Shown here piece after piece: positions 1 through 11,203 of a DNA stretch of 64,000 bases (positions are counted from its first letter, which is position 1; every line of letters starts with the position of its first letter). The DNA is from Podarcis muralis (Eukaryota). Where the stretch lies: the NCBI RefSeq assembly GCF_964188315.1, contig NC_135666.1, positions 18,414,001-18,478,000 of the forward strand, in the 5' to 3' direction. The notes beneath the pieces were generated by a model that saw only the letters and a program-made list of their open reading frames with translations, made no database searches and was not told the origin of the DNA. The position numbers and the translations under genes are program-made.

Positions 1-229
1 ACAATGCTACTTGTTCTGGGTGGGGGACCAAATCCATGGCAAAATCCAAATGACATAAGGAAATACAAACAAAAAAGGCCCCTGTTAGAAAAATAAGCAA
101 TCTATTTATTTTGGAAAACAAAATAGGACACCCCCTCCCAATTAAAGTATGTAAGCTCCTAAGAAGTGTTTTTATTCACAGCTTGAACCCCCATCCAAAG
201 TGCAAGAAAATGCCTTGCTGTGAAGAGGA

Positions 230-440
230 GAGCTGGCTTTTAGTGAGAGACAAGCCCAGCAGGTTGTGAGTCATATCAGAATGGCTGGTAGAGGCAGCAG
301 CAGCAGCATGTTGCCTGCAAACCGCAGGACAGCGTGAAAAGAACGGTGCTGTTGCTTATATAGCACTGCCTTTGACATGCCCAGCACTTCTTAAAGCCAG
401 ATGAAAGGTGGTGCGTGATGGAGTTTTCATTTTGAAACGG
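230..440 (-). promoter_or_regulatory. Candidate TATA-box Pol II promoter facing out of the left end of the window
   Basis: The minus strand reads GCTATATAAGC (TATAWAWR match at 362-355) in repeat-free sequence. An AP-1 motif TGAGTCA lies at 267-273. Motif evidence only; no gene identified. Confidence 0.3.
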
Positions 441-559
441 GCAACTGGAGATGATTGCAGAGGCACCTTGGGAAGTAGGGTATCACACATATAACAGGCT
501 GGAGGTTGCTGCTGTTTGCATGCTATGGATTTGCTCTAAGAAAACTTGCCTGAAATCGA

Positions 560-789
560 TTTTTATTGTATTTATATCTCACTTTTATTCCAAGGAGCTC
601 AAAGTGGCATACCTGTTTCTCTCCCCTTCTCCATTTTATCCTAGCAACAACCCTGTGTGGTAGGCTAGACTGCAAGATAGTAACTCACCCAAGGTCACCC
701 TTTGGGGTCCATGGCTGAGTGGGTATGTAAACTCTAGTCTCCGGATCCCAGGTCCTAGTCTGATGCTCTAATCACTACACCACACTGGC
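560..789 (-). mobile_element. Old CORE/MIR-like (Squam3-type) SINE
   Basis: Reverse complement of a gccagtgtggtgtagtg tRNA-like head and of the gggtgaccttggg core; similar to the copy at 49286. Confidence 0.7.
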
Positions 790-1849
790 AAGAATGTGAA
801 TTAAGAATCTTGGACTGTTATTCATGTACCCTTTGACACCTCCCTTTCCTTCAAAAATAATAAAATTGGCTTGTTTGGGCATTGCAGCCAACCCCCCTTA
901 CTTTCGGCAAATGTGTTCATACTCTTGTTCTCAAGAAGTTATCTTCCTCTGTTATATCAGCCATTGATAACTTCTTGGAATACAAGGTCTTAACTCTAGC
1001 TGAATACAGTATCAGGTTATGCATGGTTGCACGTGGGTAAGGGAAAGAGATTAGAGAGGTGGCTCACGAGACTCCTTCAGTTGTGTGGTTAAAAGGTGGG
1101 AAACGATTCTCAAAGGGTTTTGACAAAGTTTCAAGTTTGCTTTTCGCTGTTTGCTCTCTGCTTCCCAAACAATTAACGTTTGGGATTGTTTCAACATTGC
1201 ACCACAGCAAACTTGGATTTGCAACAAAGTGTTATTTGGAAGGACGCTCCAGACAATCTTGTTTTCCTAAGTGCAACAACAGCATGATATATAGTAATGG
1301 TACACAAACATCAACTTGTAGCATTCGTGCTTAGTGTATTTAGGGGCACACTTAAGATGTTTAAAAATCTAATGTAATGTATGAAGAGTTCCTTTGTTTT
1401 TGGAGAGAGATGCCTCTCACTCAGATATGCCAGCTCACAGTGTATGGGGTGTGTGTGAGGACTTTAAGGTTTTCAAACTCTCAAACCCCAGAGGTGGTTC
1501 AGACATGTCAGAGGGCTGTAGCATATGCTTTTCTGCACGACTGAATAATAATTTCATATGGCAATATTTTCATTCAGCAGAGATGCCAAGGCATCTCCAG
1601 AACTTTATTAAGTTGTACATTAAATGTGCATCCTCTCCCTCTCCCAGAGCATCACATTATAAAAGTACTTAACTGAATACCTAAATGTGCATTATGTGAA
1701 ATGTTTTGCAGTCAGTGCTGCCATCCATAAGAAAATACTATGCTACTAATTTAAATGTTTGCTTATCCTATTTCTAATTTGCTCTTTACCCTATGGTTAT
1801 AGAGCAGATTATAGCAATCAAATATACAGTACTGAATGCTTTATGGGAA

Positions 1850-1991
1850 AGGGTGGGGAATCTGTGGTCCTCCCAGATGTTTCAAGCCCACAACTCCCAT
1901 CTTCCTTGACCATTGGCAGTGTTAGCTGGTGATGATGAAAGCTGGAGTTGAACAAGATGTAGAGGGTCAGCTCACAGGTTCCTCACTGCTG
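1850..1991. mobile_element. Degenerate hAT-type MITE (caactcccatc hairpin family)
   Basis: gggtggggaa start and an internal caactcccatc motif shared with many copies in the window. Confidence 0.6.
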
Positions 1992-2448
1992 TTTTATGGC
2001 CTCACCCCATCTACAAAAAGCTTTATGGCATGGTTAAACTTGATTGGGAGAAATTGTACAAATAATTTCAAAACAGGATATGAAAATGAATGCCATATAT
2101 TTAAATATTCAAATATACTGATAGATTGTCCTGCTGGTATTATTGGTCAAAATGTTTTGCATTTGAACAGTGAACCTTTGAAACACTCATTGTATTCTTT
2201 TTCTAGTCTTATGCAGGCAATTGGCATCTACTGAAAGTTTATTTGACGTATTTGAGTATGTTTTATGCATAGCAACTCCTGCCGGTGCCTGTGGGGTGTG
2301 TCTGTGTGTTTGTGCGCACGCATGCACGTGGGGGCGGTGGAGCGAAAATGAAATTCCTTAAAACAGCATGTCCCTCCTTTAAAACAATCTTGACGCCAAT
2401 CTTAATAAAGCCTAACATTAGCCACAGCCATCCCTTGTTTCTCTTGCC

Positions 2449-2738
2449 CAGGGGTCGGCAAGGTTTACCTTGTCTGGGCTGGTTCACTCCAGCGGAGATC
2501 CCTCCATGGGCCGGATCACGCACCCGCATGAGCACCCACGCCTGCAATTTCTGGCGTCTGCGTCTGTGCAGATTTCCTGCACCATGGAAGCGAGTCCCCA
2601 TGCTGCGCTGCACCGTGCTGCACTGCAGCGCACGGGGGCTCCCCGAGCAGGCAGCTCGGTTGGGGGGTGGCTCATGGGCCGGTTAAACGACCCCTGTGGG
2701 CCGCTTGTGGCCGATGGGCCTTAAGTTGCCAACCCCTG
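2449..2738. mobile_element. Young hAT (Charlie-like) non-autonomous MITE
   Basis: TIRs CAGGGGTCGGCAA / TTGCCAACCCCTG; perfect 8-bp TSD CTCTTGCC at 2441-2448 and 2739-2746; CpG-rich interior. Confidence 0.92.
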
Positions 2739-2863
2739 CTCTTGCCTTTGCCAGTCCTCGTCTTCCTCTGTACCAACTCTGAAATGTAGATTGTGTGCTC
2801 TTTGGGGCATGTACCTTCCCTTTCTTAAGTTAGTTTGTGACGTGTAACATACACTATGTAAAT

Positions 2864-3011
2864 CATAGATGGGGAACCTTGATCATTCAGAAGTTGTTGG
2901 GCTTCATCATTCCTGACCACTGGCCAAGCTGGCTGGGGAGTGAAAGTAGTTGCAAGTCCAACAACTTCGGGGTGGGTGGGTGGGGGTGTGTCACGTAGGT
3001 TTCCCATCCCT
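2864..3011. mobile_element. Degenerate hAT-type MITE
   Basis: atggggaacct ... aggtttcccat termini with the family's internal tgaccactggcc hairpin. Confidence 0.6.
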
Positions 3012-3029
3012 CATATAAATATTCTGTTG

Positions 3030-3480
3030 GGCCATCCAATGCATGCTTACTTGAAAGTAAATTCAATTGTGCTTAGTGGAACTTACTCCAGGTAGACACG
3101 GTAGATTCCTATAAAACCTATAAAAATGGTTTTACTAGAGGAAAGAATTAACCCATAAAAGCTACCATCAATTTAGGCATGACCAGGTCTGAAAAGTGAC
3201 TATATTATCCTATGCACATCTGCCTACTCACATTTAAGAGTCATAGATCTCAATGGAATTTACTCCCAAGTAAGTACCTATGTACAAGTATAGCCAAAGG
3301 CTTCAATCCTCCACACACTTGCCAGGAACTAAGCCCCATTGACCACAGTGAAGCTGACTTCCAATTAAACATGCACATGCTTGCACTATAGGGCTGCAGT
3401 TCTGTACATGCTTACCCGGGGCAAAGTCTCATGGAGCTCAATGTGACTTCTGAGTAGCAGACATGCATAGCATAGGGGTG
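3030..3480. repeat. Cluster of four ~85-bp imperfect palindromic interspersed repeats (caatcctatgca...gtaag...cttac...tgcataggattg type)
   Basis: Diverged copies at ~3030-3110, 3207-3295, 3298-3387 and 3391-3478; further copies at ~4905-4945 and ~8365-8458. Confidence 0.6.
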
Positions 3481-5167
3481 TCCGAGAACTCATATGGAAA
3501 CAGGAGCAGAAATTGGTGAAACTCACTCATTTGCTTCCATGTCTGGAAGGCAAATCAGTCAGGTGAAAACAATCGGTATTCACTTTTGTTTTTCAGGCTG
3601 TAAATTATAAGTAATTGATTGCTCCCCTTCCCATCTGCATCACATTTCCTCTGCACTGAAATTGCTGGCGTGAAATAATGTAATCAGTTATGTACTTTAT
3701 TATTTAAAATTTTGCCCAGCGGACAAAGAGATGAATAACAGGGGGTTTTTTTTGAAAGCCAAAGTAACTGCAGTAGAATGGAAACAGTGCTGTATGTGAC
3801 AAACATGGGTCAGAATTTGATGTTTTCTTGCACCCCTAGCCTAAGATTACCCTGTTGGATACCTCAGTGGCAGGATCAACTTTGTAGCTATGTAGAACTT
3901 TGTAGAATTGTTCTAGCTCTGCTTTTCCTTTTCTTAACATGCCGTCGTGGCAGTAGTCTGTCAGAGTCATATTATTTTGCAAATTAAAAAGCAAAAGATG
4001 AATTCTCGGGTGCTGATAATACCTTTTATAGGAAGCAGTGCTCAAAATTAAGTCAAGTATAATGCAAATGACATCTTTTGTTGTTGTTGGAATGGGATCA
4101 TTATGCTAGGAAAATGAAAAGTTAATTACATGGCAAGAGACAGAACTTGCTATAAAAAGGAGACTTAAGAAAACACAGGACTAAATGCACCTTATTTTGT
4201 CTACTGTATTTTATAATAATGGGGAGATTGAATAATGTCCCATCCTTGCACTTTGGGCTGTGGAGACCCAAATACATGTAAGTGGAAATTTGTGCTTCTT
4301 GTTGAATGCAAAATAAGTCTGTAAGGTAGCGTTGGGAACCTTTCATTCCCCAGATGTTGCTGGCTTGCACATTGCAGCAATCCAGTTGTGCCAGCACATG
4401 GGCAGCTGTGGCCAAGTTATCCCAAGGTTGACAACTGTTTAAAGTCATAATACTTTAAACCAGTTCTGGGTAACCAAATGCAGCCCTCCAGTCTTCTCTT
4501 TCTGGTCCCCTGGACTTAAATGCCCTCCCAAGCCATGCCACCACTAGCCTTGCTGTGCACCAAAACTATGTTTTTGCCTGGGTGGAATGTATCCTTGAAC
4601 TCCAATAATGCTTCTTGCTTGCTTGTATGGGTTGCGTGATTGTGAAGAAACTAGCCTACTGTCTAAAGACCAAATTCACGGTAGTTGCTCTGATGTAGCA
4701 CCCAGAAGGTTGCCAAGATGGGAATGTGGCTCTTGGGCCATGTTGCCCCACCTCTGCAATTATATGCACAAAACACAGGACGTTAAAATTTATTTAAAAG
4801 CAACAACAGCAGAGCTCACAAGCAACAATGACCTTAGAAGGCAAAAGCCTGGCAGAATAAAATTGTTTATAACTAGCTAGGTGAAAGACAGTCAGGGAGG
4901 CTCCTATCCTTGACAGATTCACTCGGAAGTAAGTCCTGTCTATGAAATTTGCTGTAAATGGCAGCTTTAGGGGAAATAGCAGCTTTGTGCAGAGTAATTT
5001 TCAGAAGAGAAAATGGCATGGGACGAAAGGGTTAAAAACCTCACGAGGCCATCAATCTGATCCAGATTGCTCCTCCCCCTGCAGTTGTGAGTTTAAAAAA
5101 GAAAAAGAGGATCCCTGTTTAGGGAAGCTTTTAATGTTTGGTGCATTACTTATTTTAATATTTTGTT

Positions 5168-5255
5168 GGAAGCTGCCCAGAGTGGCTGGGGAGGCCCTGC
5201 CAGATAGGCAGGGTATAAATAACAAATTATTATTATTATTGATATTGTTATTATT
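5168..5255 (+). mobile_element. L2-type LINE 3' tail fragment
   Basis: gctgcccagagtggctgggga...ggcagggtataaataacaaattattattatt matches the reverse complement of the L2 3' end at 55990-56075. Confidence 0.8.
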
Positions 5256-5489
5256 GGATTTGAATTGGACAGCCGTGGCTAGAGGGAGCCCAGCATAAAA
5301 TAAAAATGCATTAGAGAGAGACAAGAGTCCGTGTATTTCAGTAACAAATAAGCAACAGGTAGGGAAGTATTCCAAAGAGTAGTTCTATAACCCTCTTGTT
5401 GCAGAAAGTGTATCATGGCATAAGCTTGCTGGGGGGGGGGTGTGGATGGATAAAAAAGGGGGCTTCCTCTTTTAGGGCTCTTGTGAAAG

Positions 5490-5628
5490 GCTGTATCTCA
5501 GTATACCTGCCTGTCGGAGGCCCCACATTCAATCCCTAGGCTGAGAGAGACGCATGTCTAAAACCCTTGAAAGCTTCTGCCAGTCAGAGTAGACAGTATT
5601 GAGCTGGATGGACACTTTCCTATGTTCC
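5490..5628 (+). mobile_element. Degenerate tRNA-Ala-headed SINE fragment
   Basis: gccagtcagagtagacagtattgagctggatggac...ttcctatgttcc tail shared with the copies at 7270, 36322 and 40540. Confidence 0.6.
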
Positions 5629-7269
5629 AATGATCTGAAGAGATGCCACTTTCCCCCAACTTGAGTTGATGTCCAAAAGTATCCCACCCGCCTGTTTTTG
5701 TTGTTGCAGCAGCCAACTTCCTATGCTGCTACCACATTTCAAGAGTGGTAACCTTTTGGTGGAATGCTGGAAAATGACTGGCTGGCTATTCATGCAGTAT
5801 GAAATATATGAATAACTTTAGTGGAGGATCAGCAGAGATGGAATGCATTTGGCAGTTGCTCTTCTACTGGATAGGATTATAGTGGCGGTTTTGGTGAGTT
5901 CCAAATATTTGCCGAGAGTACTCATCACGGCTTCTCCTGGACACCCGTATCTGTTTGTTGACTGGCAGGCTTGGAGTTGCAGCTATTTTGTACCCTTCTT
6001 CCTTGCACTTAAACTGCAAAAATGAACAAGGTTTCATTTTTGAAGTACTGGAGAGGGAAGCCTGCATTTCAAAGCTCTGTAGTGCCCCTGTAGATACTAG
6101 CAATTCATTTCCTACTTTGAAGGCTTATATCCTATATGATAGTAGCAAACACAGTTTGAGTGCCACTTCTTACATAGCCAGTCGCAAGGTGGAAGTTTCA
6201 GCAGGCTTCAGAAGCCCCAAGTTTTGCAGAAGTTGCTCCCCCATCTCCCCTCCCCAAAACAGGCTGATGACAACTGAGCACAGGACCAGCATAAGGCATT
6301 CTGACACCTGAGGTGAACCACAAAATGACACTTCCCCTCCAGGGAAGAAGGGGTGAGTGAGGATCAACATCAGGAACAAGCAGAGAACAATAAACATCCA
6401 CCTTGGGATCTGCTGCCCATGTAGATCCTGCTGCCTGAGGCAGTTGCCTCACCTTGCCTAATGCGTGGATTCTTGAGGGTTGTGTCCATAGGATGCTCTT
6501 TGCTCCAACAGATTGGCTTCCAAAAATGGAGGGGGCAGGGAAGTTGTTGTTGTTGTTTTTTAAAAAGGCAAATCTACCTTTCTCTTGCTGCCCCCATAGT
6601 ATTCAAAACAGGTCCTCCAACCCTTTGGACCAGATCTGAAGAAGGTTGCAAGGGAATGGGGGAACTGGAAAAAATTGCTTTCTCCTCTTCCATTCATGGA
6701 AACCTCTCCTGGATTGAAGAACCTTCCATGAGCAGGAAGCTGCAACTGGTTGAAACCCATAGCTTTAGGTCCCAGTGTCAAGTATTTATTCCTGAAGGGA
6801 TTACTCAGTTTTGTTTATAGTTGTATGTGCTAATTGTAGAAGTAGTATGCCACAGCCCCTCTGACAGCAGTTTGGCACCCACCAGGTTTTTTTTTAATGT
6901 AAATGATACTTTTAATTGGGTGTGGGCACATTATTCAAATTAGCATTTTGCTGTCAAGCTCTTGGTAAGTACTGGGAGTAGGCCTCTGTGGCTGAATCGC
7001 CTTGCATAAGAGAGTGCTTTGAAATATTTAGTTATTCTTTGTTTTCCAAAGCCACCCTTCCTCCTTCTGGAGCCCACCAGCCCTAACAATAACAATAAAA
7101 TACGAACACATAAAAATGTTTAAAATATCCATAACATCTCCATAAAATTTATCAGCAATCAAAACATGAGGCAGGAAGCAATAAAACTGTTAAATTCCAG
7201 CATAACTATGTTCCAAATACCTGGTATAGGAAAAACATACATTTTGAATCTACACCAGAATGTTATCAG

Positions 7270-7455
7270 GGGATGACTTGTCACTCCATGGTGGAGCATC
7301 TGCTTTGCATGTGCAAAGTCCCAGGTTCAACCCCAGATATCTCCAGTTAGATTTGTAAGAGACCTCTGCCTTGAACCCTGGAGAGGTGCTAACAGTAAGT
7401 GTAAACAGTAGTGAGCTAGATGAACCAAAATGACTTAACTTGGCATAAGGCTCCC
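7270..7455 (+). mobile_element. tRNA-Ala(TGC)-headed SINE with CR1-like tail
   Basis: Head tggtggagcatctgctttgcatgtgcaaagtcccaggttcaaccccagatatctcca resembles vertebrate tRNA-Ala; body and tail match other copies in the window. Confidence 0.75.
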
Positions 7456-8696
7456 ATCAGTATGGAGGGCACTGGGTTTCATTAAGGATGGACTTCCACA
7501 ATAGGGTGGCCACCACTGAAAATGCCCTGTTTCAGTCTAACACTTCATGCGCCATGCTAATCAATGGCACAATGAACTGCTCCACCCCCAGGTATATAAA
7601 CTTCATCTTTATTTTGTTTCTACTATTACAGCTAAAAAGAAGTGACTTGATAAAACCACCTTTCATTTGCTTTTGTTCATGAAGCTTTTGCCATCTTGTG
7701 GGAGGCTTTTGTGTGTTGGCACATCTGTTAGTGGTTTTGTATATTGTCCTTCACAGCAGAAAGCCTGTGAATTCCATCTTTGTTGATTCAGTGTGCAGTT
7801 CTTTTTCTTGCGTAACTGGTTTTCAGTTCTGTGGGAAACAAGTGTTTGAATTATACCTGTTAGAAAACTCTGAGAGCAAAATTGTACAGCCTTCAGTCTT
7901 TTGGCTCCTGATCAGTCCTCTAGGCTCTAGCTCCCAGTTAACCCCAGGCTTGGGGGCTTGATCTGGCCCCCAGGCACTTTTTCTGACCCTCCCCCCGACT
8001 GCCCCTCCTGATTTTGACAATGATGGCAAAAAGGGGGGGAAAAGAATAAATTGGACAGTGCACTGGATTGGGTGGAGAGGTTTAAATCTTGCCCAACCAA
8101 GCACCCTGATGGAAATGCAAAGCACCTTTCCTTCTTGATCACCTGCATTGGATCAGTTGAGGTGGGCTGTTGTTGACTTGTACACGTGTGCAGAGAGTAT
8201 GTGGTGGCCACATCTGCTGCTTGTGTGCAGTTCCCAGAAGGGTGGTCAACGTTGAATGTGATCCTTGGGCCAAGAAAGGATAACTACCCCCTACTTATAG
8301 CTTAATGACTGCTATGAAAAGGGAGAATATCCTGGGAGAAACATTGAGTTGGATCTCAGTTTTTCAGAGCAGTCCTAAGTACATCTATTTAGAAGTAGTA
8401 CATCCTATTGAATCCAATGGGGCTAATTCACAGGTGAGTGGAGTTAGGATTGCAGTCTCAGCTGTGCTTGGAAGTTATTTCAGTGGGTCTGCTATATGCA
8501 TGTCTTGAATCTGGATCCAATCCATTGACACTCTCTAAGCTGAATATGGTCTTGATATGTGCCAGGGGCTATTTGACCTAAAATGTGAAGGTATAGAGGG
8601 TCCCTCATAATTTGGGGAGCACGGGAGGCTGCATCAGAAAGGGTTTTTGTTGTTGTTATAGTTGCAAAAATTGCCTCCCCTGTTCTTATATTAGCA

Positions 8697-8821
8697 CAGG
8701 TGTACAGAACCTTTAGCCCACCATATGTTGTTGAACTACAACTCCCATTGGTTATGCTTCCAAGGACCAATGGAAGCTGTAGTTCGGCAACACCCAGAGA
8801 GCCAAAGATTCCCCACTCCTG
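8697..8821. mobile_element. hAT-type MITE
   Basis: CAGGTGTAC...CCCCACTCCTG termini, internal actacaactccc/gctgtagtt hairpin, decayed 8-bp TSD (tattagca/cattagtg). Confidence 0.7.
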
Positions 8822-9889
8822 CATTAGTGGATGTCTCTACTGGTTCCTGCACTACTCTGTAAGAGGAATGACAGGCTTGGATTTCCCCATAATCTTTAAT
8901 TTCTGGTGGGTGTAGGTGTAGGGGGGTGAATGGGTCACTGGGCTAGGAGCCATCCATTTGGCTTCTTTTACAAACTGTCTTAATTTTATTTGGCAAAATA
9001 TTTTTAGCAGTTGTGGATTTATGGAATAGTAGCTCCAATTGTTGTTTTTGAATAATGTGTTCCAGATGTGTTCCAAGATAAAAGGAGATGTTTGAACTAA
9101 CTTGTTTGGGTTTTTTCAGTTTAAATAACATAAAATTCTAAATAGCCCATTGTTTATACCTACAAGGCTATATTTTTCTCCTTATTTTTAAAGGCTGTGT
9201 GAGATAGTTAAAATAAAATACAGCTATCAACTGCAAATATGTTTGCTTTTACTCAAAAGTAGCAAAAAAAGCTTACCTTAGCACATTTACACTGCAGAAT
9301 GTCTACTTCTTGGCCAAAGTGTGTGCCTGTGTGTGTGGCAAACTATGCATTGTAAATAAACGAAGGTTTGGTTTTGGGTTAAGAATTGATATGTAAATAG
9401 ACTTGACATACTCATGTAAATACACAAGAAAATGTATGTTTCTGAAGGGGGCGAAAGTAACACAGATTATCCCTCTGGTGGTGTTAGCATAGTATAATAA
9501 ATTTTGATAGCCAAAGAGAGAGAGAGAGAGGTTTCCTTTGAAATTTCCAGTTCTCCTCTCCCAACTCTCATTGCCCTGAATTTTAGCCTTTTTTGCATTG
9601 TCCTCATTTTTATGAGAACTGGAAATATCCTTAGCACTGAGAATTCAGTGCTAAAGGACCATCCAAGGAACTGTGCCCCTATTTCTGTGGAGTTGGGAGG
9701 AATGTTAATCTGAACCTGTGTTAGAAATTCAGATAGGTTTATTTGCCAAATGCTCCTTAAACCCAGGTTATGGGCACCACAATGGCTTGTCTAGATGCCA
9801 GTGAGTGTGTGATGTGGTCAGGAAATGGGCATGTTTGCCCCACCTGCAGCTGCTATGTCAGGGTTCCCAGTTGTCTGGAGAGGCCCTTT

Positions 9890-10115
9890 GGACATAAGGG
9901 CATAAGGAGAGCCCAGCTGAATCAGGTCAGAGGCCCCTCTATTACAGCATCTTGTGGGGAGCCAGACGCCAAGGCAAGCCCACAAGCTGAACTGGGGTCC
10001 TACGCAGTCCTTCCCACTTGTGATTCAGAGCAGCTGTATTTGGAGGCATGGTGCCCCGTCAGAGCACAGACATAATGGCTAGTAGACACTGACAGCCCTA
10101 TCCTTCATGCAGCTC
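9890..10115 (-). mobile_element. Old CR1 LINE 3' fragment
   Basis: Reverse complement resembles the CR1 3' ends at 18440 and 44095 (catggctagtag...ccctatcctccatg-type motif). Confidence 0.5.
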
Positions 10116-10403
10116 TGCTTCTCATTCTCCCTGTGGTTTTTGATCGACCACAGTATCCTCCTGGAACAGCTCTGCGGGATGGGTACTGGGGACACTGTAT
10201 CATTGGTTCCTAGAGGGTGACATTCAGACGCTAGCATTGGGAGACTGTGTTTCAGCTCCATGGTACAATCTTGTCCCCAGTGCTTTTTAACATCTATATG
10301 CAGGGTGTGTCCATAAATGTAAGTTTGTGGGAAGCTGGGGTGTTTTGTAGTGTACCCAGCACTATATTTTGTCGTGTACCCAGCTGCCCTCTGTGTGCAT
10401 ATA

Positions 10404-10644
10404 CAGTGGCACCTCGGTTTAAGAACAGTCCTGTTTACAAATGATTCGGTTTATGAACTCTGCAAAACCAGAAGTAGTGTCCTGGTTTGCGAACTTTACC
10501 TTGGTCTAAGAACAGAATCCAAACAATGGAAGGTCACCAGTGGTGGGAGGCCTCATTAGGGAAAGCACTCCTTGGTTTAATAATGGTTTTGGTTTAAGAA
10601 CAGACTTCCGGAACGGATTAAGTTTGTAAACCGAGGTATCACTG
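10404..10644. mobile_element. Tigger/pogo-type MITE
   Basis: TIRs CAGTGGCACCTCGGTTT / AAACCGAGGTATCACTG flanked by TA on both sides. Confidence 0.9.
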
Positions 10645-10835
10645 TATCTTGTTATGCAGGGCTTTTGTGTGTGTAAATAGCCAAGCAACTTAATCATAAA
10701 CACATTATGCCATTAACACATTCCTACAAAATTATATATTTATTAATATTAATGAATGACATGTGTTTTATATGAATTAGTGGTGTAATGCATTTGGGTT
10801 TCAAATGCATTGTAAGTTGCTTGGAAGCCTTGGGG

Positions 10836-11113
10836 CAGGTGTGGGGAACCTTTGGCCTTCCAGATGTTGCTGAACAACAACTTATGTCAGTCCCAGTAAA
10901 CATGGCCAACGATGTTGATGGGAATTGTAGTCCAGCAACTGCTTGAAGGCCAGGCATAAGCAAACTCGGCCCTCCAGATGTTTTGGGACTGCAACTCCCA
11001 TCATCACTAGCTAACAGGACCAGTGGTCAGGGATGATGGGAATTGTGGTCTATAAACATCTGGAGGACTGAGTTTGCCTATGCCTGTTGAAGGCCAAAGG
11101 TTCCCCACACCTG
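10836..11113. mobile_element. hAT MITE (outer element, interrupted by a second MITE)
   Basis: TIRs CAGGTGTGGGGAACCTTTGGCC / GGCCAAAGGTTCCCCACACCTG. Confidence 0.88.
10951..11086. mobile_element. hAT MITE nested inside the element at 10836-11113
   Basis: TIRs CAGGCATAAGCAAACTC / GAGTTTGCCTATGCCTG; perfect 8-bp TSD TTGAAGGC at 10943-10950 and 11087-11094. Confidence 0.92.
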
Positions 11114-11131
11114 CCTTAGAATAATGTTGGC

Positions 11132-11164
<33 letters not shown>

Positions 11165-11203
11165 GAAGAAGAAGAAGAAGAAGAAGAAGAAGAAGAAGAA
11201 GAA
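11132..11203. repeat. Compound microsatellite (GAT)10(GAA)14
   Basis: Read directly from the sequence. Confidence 0.97.

Noticed and set aside
420-437. ISRE-like motif (gagttttcattttgaaa)
   Set aside because: Deviates from AGTTTCNNTTTC at key positions; too weak to call.
2263-2724. Overlapping ORFs in a GC-rich patch (possible CpG-island gene)
   Set aside because: Explained by the hAT MITE with TIRs and TSD.
7488-7682. ORF MDFHNRVATTENALF... as a possible first coding exon
   Set aside because: The minus strand resembles an old L2-like 3' region (agggcattttcagtggtggcc...tgtggaa) and I recognise no protein homology.
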